DNA from: Thermoplasmata archaeon
GTDB taxonomy: Archaea > Thermoplasmatota > Thermoplasmata > RBG-16-68-12
DNA: 43,898 bases
NCBI GenBank assembly: GCA_035299725.1
Contig: DATGWB010000023.1
Location: 1-43,898 of the forward strand
Direction: 5' to 3'
This document shows positions 1 through 8,083 of the stretch, piece by piece (within the stretch, counting starts at the first letter, position 1; every line of letters begins with the position of its first letter). Made by a program: the position numbers and the translations under genes. Below the pieces are notes generated by a model that worked only from the letters and a program-made list of their open reading frames with translations, was not told the DNA's origin and did not search any database.

Positions 1-2
1 GG

Positions 3-209
3 TCGCATCTCCACGCGGCCGCGGCTCAATCGCAACCGCCCGTGCCGCTCGGTGTGAACATCGAGGAGGTCTCCGCCCACAACTTCGACCTTGCGGTTCA
101 GATGGCCCGGGAGTTCCCCTCGTGGCATGGAGGGGCCGTCACCACCGAAGGGACTTCGGGTATGGCACCAGATCCCGGGGATTCGGGCCGGACGCCCGGT
201 TCACGATGA
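3..209 (+). CDS. 3' end of an unidentified gene entering from upstream of the window (partial)
   Basis: Frame 3 is open from the window edge to TGA at 207-209 (...PLGVNIEEVSAHNFDLAVQMAREFPSW...). Third codon positions are mostly G/C, as in the confident genes. It is absent from the track because it has no start codon in the window. No family recognised. Confidence 0.3.
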   Translation, partial: SHLHAAAAQSQPPVPLGVNIEEVSAHNFDLAVQMAREFPSWHGGAVTTEGTSGMAPDPGDSGRTPGSR

Positions 210-263
210 TTGAACCCTTCGGCAAACGCTCGCAAGGTGCGATCCCGAGTGCGCCCGGCGATG

Positions 264-271
264 TTTAAATA
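264..271 (+). promoter_or_regulatory. Candidate archaeal TATA box (TTTAAATA) upstream of the AAA ATPase gene
   Basis: This is the only AT-rich octamer in an otherwise GC-rich spacer, about 70 nt upstream of ATG 340. Position-based guess only. Confidence 0.3.
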
Positions 272-339
272 GCTCCCCGAATCTCTGCGCTCCACGCCTG
301 TCGGGCCGTCTTCGGCCGAGGTGCCTCGGGGGAACGAGG

Positions 340-1359
340 ATGGGAAAAAAGGACCGGGACGAGTGGATCGTCAAGTGCCCGAAGTGCGGGCGCATCCGCG
401 AATCATGCCGCCACGTTTCCCGTGACGATGTGCGTCGGATCATCCGGCTCCTCGATGCCGGCGTCGAGGTCTACCAGGCGGAGGACGACCGCGAGCCTGC
501 CGAATCGCACGTCCACGAGCCGCCGCGGCCGGTCGCGCAGATCGTCGCGCCTCGCTTCACGATGGGGGACCTCGTCCTCGCCGAGCCGACGCGGGAAGGC
601 TTGCTCGACGCCTTGACGGAGCTGCGGCACAAGGGCCTCATGTACCGCCGCTGGGGCCTGAAGAAAGTGATGAAGAAGACGAAGGGGCTGAGCTTGCTCT
701 TCGCCGGCCCGCCCGGCACCGGCAAGACGATGGCGGCCGAGGCGATCGCGAGCGAGCTCGGACGGCCCCTTCATGTCGTCAATTATGCGCAACTCGAGAA
801 CATGTGGGTCGGGGAGACGGAGAAGAACATCGAGCATGTCTTCCGCACGGCCCTCGAGGCGGGGGCGGTCCTCTTCTTCGACGAGGCGGACGCCGTCTTC
901 CAACGACGCGGCCTCATGGCGACGCCGTGGATGAACCGCGACGTGAACGTATTGCTGGCCCAGATAGAGAATTACCCCGGCGTCGTCGTCCTCGCGACGA
1001 ACCTCGCGAAGGTGATGGACCGGGCCCTTGACCGACGGGTCGACATCGCCGTCGAGTTCCCGATTCCCGATGCGGACCTGCGTGAGAAGATTTACGCCCG
1101 CCTAGTGCCGAAAGAGGCCCCCCTGGGCAAGGACGTGGACTTCGAGACGCTCGCGAAGAAGTACGTGATGAGCGGCGGTTCGATCCTGAACGTCGTGCGC
1201 CAGGCGATGCGGTCGTCCCTTCGCCGCGGGAAGCGTCATCGGATCACGATGGCGGACTTCACCTACGCGGCGGAGCGCGAGATCAAGAAGTCGACGCTCA
1301 TGTCGGCCGATCACTTGCAGGAGCCGGTCCGCCGCGAACGGATCCGCGGTTACGCCTGA
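340..1359 (+). CDS. Classic-clade AAA+ ATPase with a short N-terminal Cys-rich (zinc-ribbon-like) segment
   Basis: Walker A is GPPGTGKT and Walker B is VLFFDEADA. The segment NMWVGETEKNIEHVF and the lid region (SGGSILNVVRQAM) are typical of AAA proteins. The N-terminus carries CPKCGRIRESCRH. Confidence 0.85.
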   Translation: MGKKDRDEWIVKCPKCGRIRESCRHVSRDDVRRIIRLLDAGVEVYQAEDDREPAESHVHEPPRPVAQIVAPRFTMGDLVLAEPTREGLLDALTELRHKGLMYRRWGLKKVMKKTKGLSLLFAGPPGTGKTMAAEAIASELGRPLHVVNYAQLENMWVGETEKNIEHVFRTALEAGAVLFFDEADAVFQRRGLMATPWMNRDVNVLLAQIENYPGVVVLATNLAKVMDRALDRRVDIAVEFPIPDADLREKIYARLVPKEAPLGKDVDFETLAKKYVMSGGSILNVVRQAMRSSLRRGKRHRITMADFTYAAEREIKKSTLMSADHLQEPVRRERIRGYA

Positions 1360-1392
1360 ACGTCCCTTTCGTTCCGACCGCCCGCTGGGGTC

Positions 1393-1638
1393 TCACTTCT
1401 CGATTGCAATCGCGTAGTCGTGGATCACGGGATTCGCGAGGAGGCGGCGGCATATCTCCTCGACTTCCTTGCGAGCCGCTCGAGCATCTTTCGTCTGCAG
1501 GTCGATCAGGAACAGTTTCGAGCTGCGGACGCTCTGAACGCCTTTGAATCCGAGGAGATGGAGGGCCTTCTGAACGTTGTCCCCTTCGGGATCCGTGACG
1601 CCCTTTTTCAGCCGAATCTCGACGCGAACCTGGACCAT
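1393..1638 (-). CDS. purS: Phosphoribosylformylglycinamidine synthase subunit PurS
   Basis: 81 aa. MVQVRVEIRLKKGVTDPEGDNVQKALHLLGF...RLLANPVIHDYAI is the characteristic PurS pattern and length. Confidence 0.85.
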   Translation of the reverse strand: MVQVRVEIRLKKGVTDPEGDNVQKALHLLGFKGVQSVRSSKLFLIDLQTKDARAARKEVEEICRRLLANPVIHDYAIAIEK

Positions 1639-1673
1639 CGCGACTCCGTCGATGCGGCAACGGCTCCGTCCTC

Positions 1674-2303
1674 TTAGCCCTTTTTGGGAACTCGCCGAAG
1701 ATGGTCGCGGAACAGGGCGAATCGGGGAGACGGTCGGACCCAGACCGAGCCTCCGTCCCGGCCGATTTCCACGAGGCCTTTCCCGACCAGCGATTGGAGG
1801 GCACCGAGGACGGTCCGACGCGCGAATCCTTGGCTGGCAACTCCGGACACAAGGCGGTCATGCGTCATGGGACCGTGGAGCGCCCGGGCGATCCCACGCT
1901 CGGCTGGCGAGAACACCGCATCCAGAACGACCCCTTGCAGAACTGGCAATCGAACCGGGTCGGGGTCGCAGTACCACGCCTCCACGCCTTCTTGGAACGC
2001 CGCGAGGATCGCCGCATTCGTAAGGATTTTCGTCCCGCCGCTTGCGCTGATGCGGACCGAGCCGTCCTTCGCCGCCGAACGGATGGTCTCGCGGATCGAT
2101 TCCATGGAGCCCATCAGATCGAACGGATCGACGCGTACGGTCCGGAGCGCCGGTTCGAGCGCTCGAAGCCGCCGGAACCCCGCCGAGCGGACCGTCTCCC
2201 GGCCGGCGACGAGGACGAGGCGGTCGTATGGCAGGAGGCGCAACGAAGGGAGCACGTGACGTTCGTCGAACCCCATCGTCGCGATCAGCGTCCGGTGGGC
2301 CAC
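1674..2303 (-). CDS. Csa3-like CARF-domain / winged-HTH transcriptional regulator (paralog A)
   Basis: N-terminal TMGFDERHVLPSL and ISASGGTKILTNAA match the Csa3/CARF Rossmann signatures. The C-terminal half (RTVLGALQSLVGKGLVEI) looks like a wHTH. About 209 aa, typical of the Csa3 family. Confidence 0.7.
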   Translation of the reverse strand: MAHRTLIATMGFDERHVLPSLRLLPYDRLVLVAGRETVRSAGFRRLRALEPALRTVRVDPFDLMGSMESIRETIRSAAKDGSVRISASGGTKILTNAAILAAFQEGVEAWYCDPDPVRLPVLQGVVLDAVFSPAERGIARALHGPMTHDRLVSGVASQGFARRTVLGALQSLVGKGLVEIGRDGGSVWVRPSPRFALFRDHLRRVPKKG

Positions 2304-2307
2304 GGCC

Positions 2308-2943
2308 TCACCCGAGGAGAAGTTCCATCCCGGGCGCCGGCTTCACGATGAGTCTCCGGGCGTCCGTTGGGTCGGAGAGGCGGGCGACCGCCCCTTTCGC
2401 CTCGAGCTCCCTCACGTGATGGTTCATCGTCGCTTTGTGGACGCCGAGCGCCTTCGCCAAGGCGGTCTCCGTGAAGTCCTTGTCCCGGTTGTGCACGAGG
2501 AAGGAGAGCACATCTCGTTGTTTCGGGGTGAGGCCCGCGCCATAACTGATCCGTAAGAGCGGGAGAGGGATCTCCTGGTACGTCTCGTCGTGGACGTACG
2601 TCGCCGGGATCCCCTCGAGGATGCAGACGAGCAACGCCGCGCTGCTCATGAGCCGCGTGCCGCCTGCGATGTTGAAGCGGAGGTCCGAGCCGGCGGCGCG
2701 TTCCTTCCGTACGTCCGCACGGATCTGCCCGGCAACGTGCAACAGGTCGAACGCATCGCTCACCTCGACCGCGCTCACGGCCACGCCGAGGGACCGGCAG
2801 AATTCCATCACCTTCGCCCGCGCCTCCCGACTCTTCGCGTGGTCGCTGTGGTAGAACACGACCCGCTCGAGATTCTCGCTCGACCGGATTGAGGGCAGGA
2901 GGCTCTGCGGCCTCCACCCGAGCGTCCCGAACAGGACCGTCAT
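2308..2943 (-). CDS. Csa3-like CARF-domain / winged-HTH transcriptional regulator (paralog B)
   Basis: I trimmed the track ORF (2308..3099) to the internal ATG at 2943 (MTVLFGTLGWRPQSLLPSI), which aligns with the paralog A N-terminus. It has a NIAGGTRLMSSA CARF-like motif and a C-terminal MarR/ArsR-like wHTH (LTPKQRDVLSFLV...HKATMNHHVRELEAKGAV). There is a 4-nt gap to paralog A. Confidence 0.6.
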   Translation of the reverse strand: MTVLFGTLGWRPQSLLPSIRSSENLERVVFYHSDHAKSREARAKVMEFCRSLGVAVSAVEVSDAFDLLHVAGQIRADVRKERAAGSDLRFNIAGGTRLMSSAALLVCILEGIPATYVHDETYQEIPLPLLRISYGAGLTPKQRDVLSFLVHNRDKDFTETALAKALGVHKATMNHHVRELEAKGAVARLSDPTDARRLIVKPAPGMELLLG

Positions 2944-3054
2944 GGGCGGGCCGAGGTCAGTCGGTCCCGACGATAAGAACTTTCTTCTGTCGAATCTGCT
3001 CCGCGCTGAAACCACCGCGGAAACCGGTCGAAAGCATTTTATCGACCTCTCCGG

Positions 3055-3612
3055 ATGAGCGCCGTGGACGGCCAGACCATGTCCTATGCGGGCGAGCAAA
3101 CGTTGCTGGTGACACGACCGACCCGACTCATCGCGCTCCGATGGTGGTCATTGATGGTCCTGGCCCTAATCATCGCCGGGGCGCTCTTCCTCCGACTTCC
3201 ATGGCTCTTCTCGTCGATGGCAAACCCAACGATAGGCAGCTTGTCGACGAGCACGATCCTCGGAGCGTTCTTCGTGTTCATCGCCCTCGTCGCGTTCATC
3301 TTGGCGGAGCTGAAGCGCAAGACGACCCGCTACGTCATCACGGACAACAAGATCGTTCGCGAGGACGGGATCTTGAACAAGAACACGGTGATGATCCCCT
3401 ATACCCAGCTCGAGCGGGTCGACATGAAGCAGACGTTCGGGCAGCGGATTCTACGCATCGGAACGATCGTGGTCGATACGGGAGACGACACAATGAACCT
3501 CGACATGATTTCCCGTCCGGCCCAGGTGCAGGAGCTCCTCAGCAGCCGCCTTGGCCGCCGAGGCTGGTCCGGTCAACCGCCGGGGGGGCAACAGCCGCCC
3601 GCGACCCGCTAA
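3055..3612 (+). CDS. Membrane protein with bacterial-type PH domain (bPH_2 / YdbS-YdbT-like, DUF304)
   Basis: Two N-terminal TM helices are followed by TRYVITDNKIVREDGILNKNTVMIPYTQLERVDMKQTFGQRILRIGTIVV, the typical bPH_2 pattern. The AT-rich box ATTTTAT at 3036-3042 suggests the real start may be the second Met at 3079. Confidence 0.7.
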   Translation: MSAVDGQTMSYAGEQTLLVTRPTRLIALRWWSLMVLALIIAGALFLRLPWLFSSMANPTIGSLSTSTILGAFFVFIALVAFILAELKRKTTRYVITDNKIVREDGILNKNTVMIPYTQLERVDMKQTFGQRILRIGTIVVDTGDDTMNLDMISRPAQVQELLSSRLGRRGWSGQPPGGQQPPATR

Positions 3613-3622
3613 TCGGGGGAAG

Positions 3623-4249
3623 TCACTGGTTCCAGGGTAGCAGCAATCGCGCCTCGCGCGTCCCGACGACATCCCAGCGGCCGGGTTCGCCGTCCGGCTC
3701 GCCTTCGACCCAGAATCCTCCAATCGTCATGTCGTAGCCATGAGTCGGGTCCAGGGCGACCGTACAACCGAGCTTCCGGCGGTATGCCCGCGTCGTCCAA
3801 CCGAGTTCGTGATTCCGGGACCACTCCCGCCGCTTCAGCGCCAGAACGACCTCGAGCCACTGGACGCGCTCGGCGGGTCGGCCGCGCGAGATCCGCCGCA
3901 GCTCGTCCGCGACGTAGTCGAGGTCGGTCCGCGAGAGGCTCGCCGCGCCGTCCTCGCCGGTGTGGGAGTGGAAGCCGCCGAGCACCGCATATCCGACGTC
4001 GAGGTTCTCGATCGCCCCCCGGGCCCGTTTGGCCGCCTTCTCGTTCCCGTGGCTCACCCAGTTCGGCTTGCGGTCCTCCGTCTGGAGCGGATAGGCCGCG
4101 CGCAGGACCGTCACCTCACGGGGACGCTGCCGCATGATCCGGGTCCCCCGATTCCCGACCAAGAAGCCGTTCGTCTCTCGGTTGTATGCCTCGACGGCGG
4201 AGGTGACGAGGCCGACGAAAGCGCTGCGTTCGACGACGATGTTGTCCAT
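3623..4249 (-). CDS. JAB/MPN (JAMM-type) metalloprotease-domain protein with C-terminal extension
   Basis: An upstream Glu context (NRETNGFLVG) precedes GGFHSHTGEDGAASLSRTDLD, that is H-x-H-x9-S-x2-D. This is JAMM-like with slightly longer spacing than the canonical x7. About 90 unassigned C-terminal residues. Confidence 0.65.
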   Translation of the reverse strand: MDNIVVERSAFVGLVTSAVEAYNRETNGFLVGNRGTRIMRQRPREVTVLRAAYPLQTEDRKPNWVSHGNEKAAKRARGAIENLDVGYAVLGGFHSHTGEDGAASLSRTDLDYVADELRRISRGRPAERVQWLEVVLALKRREWSRNHELGWTTRAYRRKLGCTVALDPTHGYDMTIGGFWVEGEPDGEPGRWDVVGTREARLLLPWNQ

Positions 4250-4420
4250 GCTGGGAGCCTCCGTTGAGGGGCCAGTCGAACGCCACCGGCTCTATAAGAA
4301 AGTGCCGTCCCCCGTCTCACGAATTCGTCTGGCTCGAGTTCAGACGGTTTCGTATCGACGTCATGGCCTCGGAGGCCAGAAAGGAAAAATAAGGACCCGA
4401 AGATACGCGCCGCGGCGGGA

Positions 4421-4663
4421 ATGAAAGTTTTTGCGACAGAGCTCCGGGGCAAGACCGTCATGACCGAAGACGGGCAGATCCTCGGCATCCTGGCGGACTT
4501 CCTTGTCGAGACGAAGACGGGCCGCATCCCGTCGCTCCTCGTGACGCCGGCGGATACGGTCGAGGTCCGCCTCTTCAAGACGGACCCCGAAGGCCGCCTC
4601 ACCCTGAGCTTCCGATCGATGAAGGCCGTGCGGGACGTGATCGTCGTGCAGCTCGCGGATTGA
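4421..4663 (+). CDS. PRC-barrel domain protein
   Basis: 80 aa. ELRGKTVMTEDGQILGILADFLVETKTGRIPSLLV is the typical PRC-barrel core. The AT-rich box GAAAAATAAGG lies about 30 nt upstream. Confidence 0.65.
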   Translation: MKVFATELRGKTVMTEDGQILGILADFLVETKTGRIPSLLVTPADTVEVRLFKTDPEGRLTLSFRSMKAVRDVIVVQLAD

Positions 4664-6039
4664 CCGCGGACTCGAGGCGTGGCGTGGCGAACCTCACTTT
4701 CTACGGCGGCGTCGGCGAGATCGGCGGGAACAAGATCCTCATCGAGGACCGGGACGCGCGGATCTGGCTCGACATGGGCGCCCCGTTCGACTTGGGCGAG
4801 GAATACTTCGTCGAGTTCCTTCAGCCGCGAGAACGGTTCGGCCTACGGGATTACTTCGCGCTGGATCTCATGCGCAGGATTCCAGGACTCTACTCGTCGG
4901 AAGCGCTCGACCCGACCGACATGGCCTGGGAGCCGCCTGCGTTTTCGTCCATTTTCATTACCCACGTCCACTACGACCACACGCAACAGCTGAAGTTCGT
5001 CGACCCGAACATCCCGGTCCACCTCGGGGAGGGCGCGCGGACGATCCTCGAGTCGCTCGACACGACCGCGCGGGCGCCGTTCTTGAAACTCGGTACGCAT
5101 GCCTACCAGACGTTCCGGTCCGGACAAGCGAGGACCGTCGATGGCCTCGAGGTCGAGCCGATCCATGTCGACCACAGCGCGCCGGCGGCGTACGGTTACC
5201 TGGTGCACACGAGCGAGGGCACGATCGCGTATACGGGGGACCTCCGCCACCACGGCCCCAAAAAGGCGCTGACGGACGACTTCATCCGCGCCGCAGCGGC
5301 GGCGAAACCGATCATCCTGATCACCGAAGGCACGCGGGTCACGCCGGACGATCCCCGAGGGACCCTGACAGAGGCCGACGTGAAGGCCGACGCGATCCGG
5401 CTCCTCACGCCGCTCAAAGAAAAACTTGCGATCGTCACGTTCCCGGGACGCGACGTGGACCGGATTCGCACGTTCTTCGAGGCCGCTCAAGCCGTGGGCC
5501 GCAAGTTTGTCGTGAATGCGAAAACAGCCCACCTGCTCCTCACACTCCAGAAGGACACGCACATCGCCGTCCCCGACGTGACACGGGAGGGGGACCTGGT
5601 GCTGTTCGACCGGCTCATGAGGAAGACGGATCCGTGGGAGAAAGAGCTCCAGGCGAAACTCAAAGATCGCGTCGTGACCGCGGAGCAGATCGCGGCTCGG
5701 CCGTCCGAATACCTCGTGCAGCTCGATTTCTGGCACCTGCCCGAGCTCGTGGACCTGCGGCCGCCACCCGGTTCGCCGTTCATTCACTCGAAGAGCGAGC
5801 CGTTCGAGGAGGACGACGTCAACGACGCCGTCTTGCAACACTGGCTCGATCGATTCGGCCTAGAGCGACACCAATTGCATGCCTCCGGACATCTGAGCGA
5901 ACGAGAGGTTGGGGACATGATCCGGGCGATCGATGCCAAGGTCGTGATGCCGGTCCACACGCAACACGCCGACCGGTTTACTCGGCTGGCTCGCCGCGTC
6001 GTCCAGCCGATCCGCTTCGAAGCGATGGCCCTCGGGTAA
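4660..6039 (+). CDS. MBL-fold / beta-CASP ribonuclease, archaeal RNase J-like
   Basis: N-terminal FYGGVGEIGGNKILIED plus the metallo-beta-lactamase motif ITHVHYDHTQQ. Later His/Asp motifs (HVDHS, HASGH, PVHTQH) fit beta-CASP. About 459 aa. The start (TTG 4660, overlapping the PRC stop as TTGA) is uncertain. Confidence 0.7.
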   Translation: MTADSRRGVANLTFYGGVGEIGGNKILIEDRDARIWLDMGAPFDLGEEYFVEFLQPRERFGLRDYFALDLMRRIPGLYSSEALDPTDMAWEPPAFSSIFITHVHYDHTQQLKFVDPNIPVHLGEGARTILESLDTTARAPFLKLGTHAYQTFRSGQARTVDGLEVEPIHVDHSAPAAYGYLVHTSEGTIAYTGDLRHHGPKKALTDDFIRAAAAAKPIILITEGTRVTPDDPRGTLTEADVKADAIRLLTPLKEKLAIVTFPGRDVDRIRTFFEAAQAVGRKFVVNAKTAHLLLTLQKDTHIAVPDVTREGDLVLFDRLMRKTDPWEKELQAKLKDRVVTAEQIAARPSEYLVQLDFWHLPELVDLRPPPGSPFIHSKSEPFEEDDVNDAVLQHWLDRFGLERHQLHASGHLSEREVGDMIRAIDAKVVMPVHTQHADRFTRLARRVVQPIRFEAMALG

Positions 6040-6067
6040 AAGGACCTCCCTTCCGCCGCGGATTCGG

Positions 6068-6826
6068 TCAGAGCGCCTCGAGGACGCACCGCGCGAAGGT
6101 CAGGTACCCCGTGTGGCCGAGGGGCGCGAACGAGGGATGGGTCCCGGATTCGGAAGCCTCGATCTCCCGCTCGATGATCTCGACCGTCCGAATTTCCACG
6201 AACGTCCCGGCCCGTAAGGCAGCGACGGTGCGGTTCACCTGCTCGACGTTGGGCGAGTACGACCCGAGGTGGCCACAGGGTCGAAGGGCGCTCGCCGCAG
6301 TCCGCACCACCTCCCAAGGATCCGGGATGTCGACGATGAACGCGTCTGCGTCCCGTTCCGCGATTCCGGACCGGGGATCTCCCAACTTGAACTCGACGCG
6401 GTCCGCAAACCCTGCCGCCGCCACGTTTTCACGCGCGCGAGCCAGAAAGTCGGGCCTCAAATCATACGAGACGACGCGACCCTTCGGGCCGACCGCGTTC
6501 GCGAGCGCGACTGTTACGGCACCGGACCCGGAACCGACCTCGATGACGAAATCACCGGGTTTCACGTCGGTGTTCCATACAAGGGCCGGCAGGTCTTTGG
6601 GACCGACAATCTGGGCCTTCCGGCTCACCGCGGTAACCGTGTCGCGGATGGATGGCGTTACAACCAGGAACGATCGGCCTCCTACCGTCCACCGCCGACC
6701 AATCAACGCGACCAGGCTTTCCGCCCGAACAACGCCAAGCCGCGGCACCTTCACAGTTTCTCGGTCGAGGACAACCATCTGTTTCCTGCCCGAGGGTTCG
6801 AGCAGGATGACGCGAGTAGGGCCCAT
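6068..6826 (-). CDS. trmI: tRNA (adenine-N1)-methyltransferase TrmI (Gcd14 family)
   Basis: SAM-binding motif VIEVGSGSGAVTVALA, then VVSYDLRPDF...ARENV and DAFIVDIPDPWEVV, typical of TrmI/Gcd14. Confidence 0.8.
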   Translation of the reverse strand: MGPTRVILLEPSGRKQMVVLDRETVKVPRLGVVRAESLVALIGRRWTVGGRSFLVVTPSIRDTVTAVSRKAQIVGPKDLPALVWNTDVKPGDFVIEVGSGSGAVTVALANAVGPKGRVVSYDLRPDFLARARENVAAAGFADRVEFKLGDPRSGIAERDADAFIVDIPDPWEVVRTAASALRPCGHLGSYSPNVEQVNRTVAALRAGTFVEIRTVEIIEREIEASESGTHPSFAPLGHTGYLTFARCVLEAL

Positions 6827-6904
6827 CGCATCCTCAAGGCCGCCCCTGTTGTAAGACTTTACTCTGACCCTGGAAAAGTTAATGGGTCTTGCCCCGTTCC
6901 TCGC

Positions 6905-8077
6905 ATGTCAGATGGAACCATGGCAATCCCTTCTGAGTTGAACACCTCGACGCAGACCAAGGTGCCTCCCACGCGATGGGTGTTTCATCTCACCGGAAGG
7001 ACCCGTCGGCAACTCCTTCGTGGGGTCCTGGTAGCCGTAATCTTCATTGCGCTCAACGGCCTGCTCGCGGCCCTCTTCGGCGTCACGATCCTGACCTATA
7101 CCATCACGGGACTGTCCGTGAGCAGCATCGTGATTGTCGCCGCAATCGGCCTTTCGCTCCTCTATGGCATCCGGGGCTTCGCGAACTTCGCCCACGGGGA
7201 CATCATGGCGTTGGGCGCTTACGTCGCTCTCTCGGTGAACTTGAGCGGGATTTCGATCATCTGGGGAGCGATTGTTTCCTTCGTCGTCCTCGCGGCCGTC
7301 GGGATCCTCTTTGAAGTCATCATCTTTTCACGACTCGAGGGCCGCGGACCGGTCGCTCCGATCGTCGCCTCCGTTGGCCTCGCCCTGATCATCCAAAACG
7401 GAATTCGCGCGGTGGCGACGACGCGAATCTGGATTTATCCAGTTGCGGCACTTCCCGAAATTCAAATCGTGCCCGGACTAGGACTCGATCCGATCCGACA
7501 CATCTTGACGCCCGCCATCGCACTTCTATTCGTGATTTCGGTTCACATCCTCCTGACGTACACGAACCTTGGGAAGGCGATGCGTGCCACGGCGGACAAC
7601 CTCGAACTCGCGAAAGCAACGGGCATTGATACGAAACGCGTCACCTATGCGACGTGGGCCGTGAGTTGCTCCTTCGCGTCGACTGCCGGGGTGCTTCTAG
7701 GCCTCGCGAGCTTCCTGAGACCGGAGATGGGACTCAACATCCTGCTCCTGATCTTCGCGGCCGTCATCGTCGGCGGAATCGGGTCCCCCTGGGGCGCCGT
7801 CCTAGGCGGGCTCGTGATTGGGCTTTCCCAAGAGATGTCGGTTCCGGTCTTTGTCTGGCTTGCTCAACCTGACGTCATCGGCCTGGTCAACTCGAGTGCT
7901 TACAAGGTGGCGATCCCATTCGTGATCCTGATCTTCGTCTTGATCATTCGGCCGTGGGGGATCGCGGGTCGGCCCCCGGCCTTTGCAAGGCGAGTCTTCT
8001 TTGTTGAAAGGATTACCGAAGCCCTCGGGAGAGGCACAACCGCGGCCGATCCAGCCGAAGGGAACGATGGAGGATAG
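6905..8077 (+). CDS. livH: Branched-chain amino acid ABC transporter permease (LivH-type)
   Basis: I trimmed the track ORF (6269..8077) to ATG 6905, because the upstream part is antisense to trmI. It is multi-TM, with GIRGFANFAHGDIMALGAYV and MRATADNLELAKATGID typical of LivH. Confidence 0.85.
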   Translation: MSDGTMAIPSELNTSTQTKVPPTRWVFHLTGRTRRQLLRGVLVAVIFIALNGLLAALFGVTILTYTITGLSVSSIVIVAAIGLSLLYGIRGFANFAHGDIMALGAYVALSVNLSGISIIWGAIVSFVVLAAVGILFEVIIFSRLEGRGPVAPIVASVGLALIIQNGIRAVATTRIWIYPVAALPEIQIVPGLGLDPIRHILTPAIALLFVISVHILLTYTNLGKAMRATADNLELAKATGIDTKRVTYATWAVSCSFASTAGVLLGLASFLRPEMGLNILLLIFAAVIVGGIGSPWGAVLGGLVIGLSQEMSVPVFVWLAQPDVIGLVNSSAYKVAIPFVILIFVLIIRPWGIAGRPPAFARRVFFVERITEALGRGTTAADPAEGNDGG

Positions 8078-8083
8078 AGACGG

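Noticed and set aside
4326-4376. Small hairpin (CGTCTG-n9-CAGACG, 4326-4346) and palindrome GGCCTCGGAGGCC (4364-4376) in the JAB / PRC-barrel spacer
   Set aside because: The stems are short (6 bp) and expected by chance in GC-rich DNA. No T-tract or conserved context supports a terminator or riboswitch.
6269-6904. N-terminal 212 codons of the 602-aa track ORF leading into livH
   Set aside because: This part is antisense to trmI and has no protein-like character. The LivH homology starts after ATG 6905.
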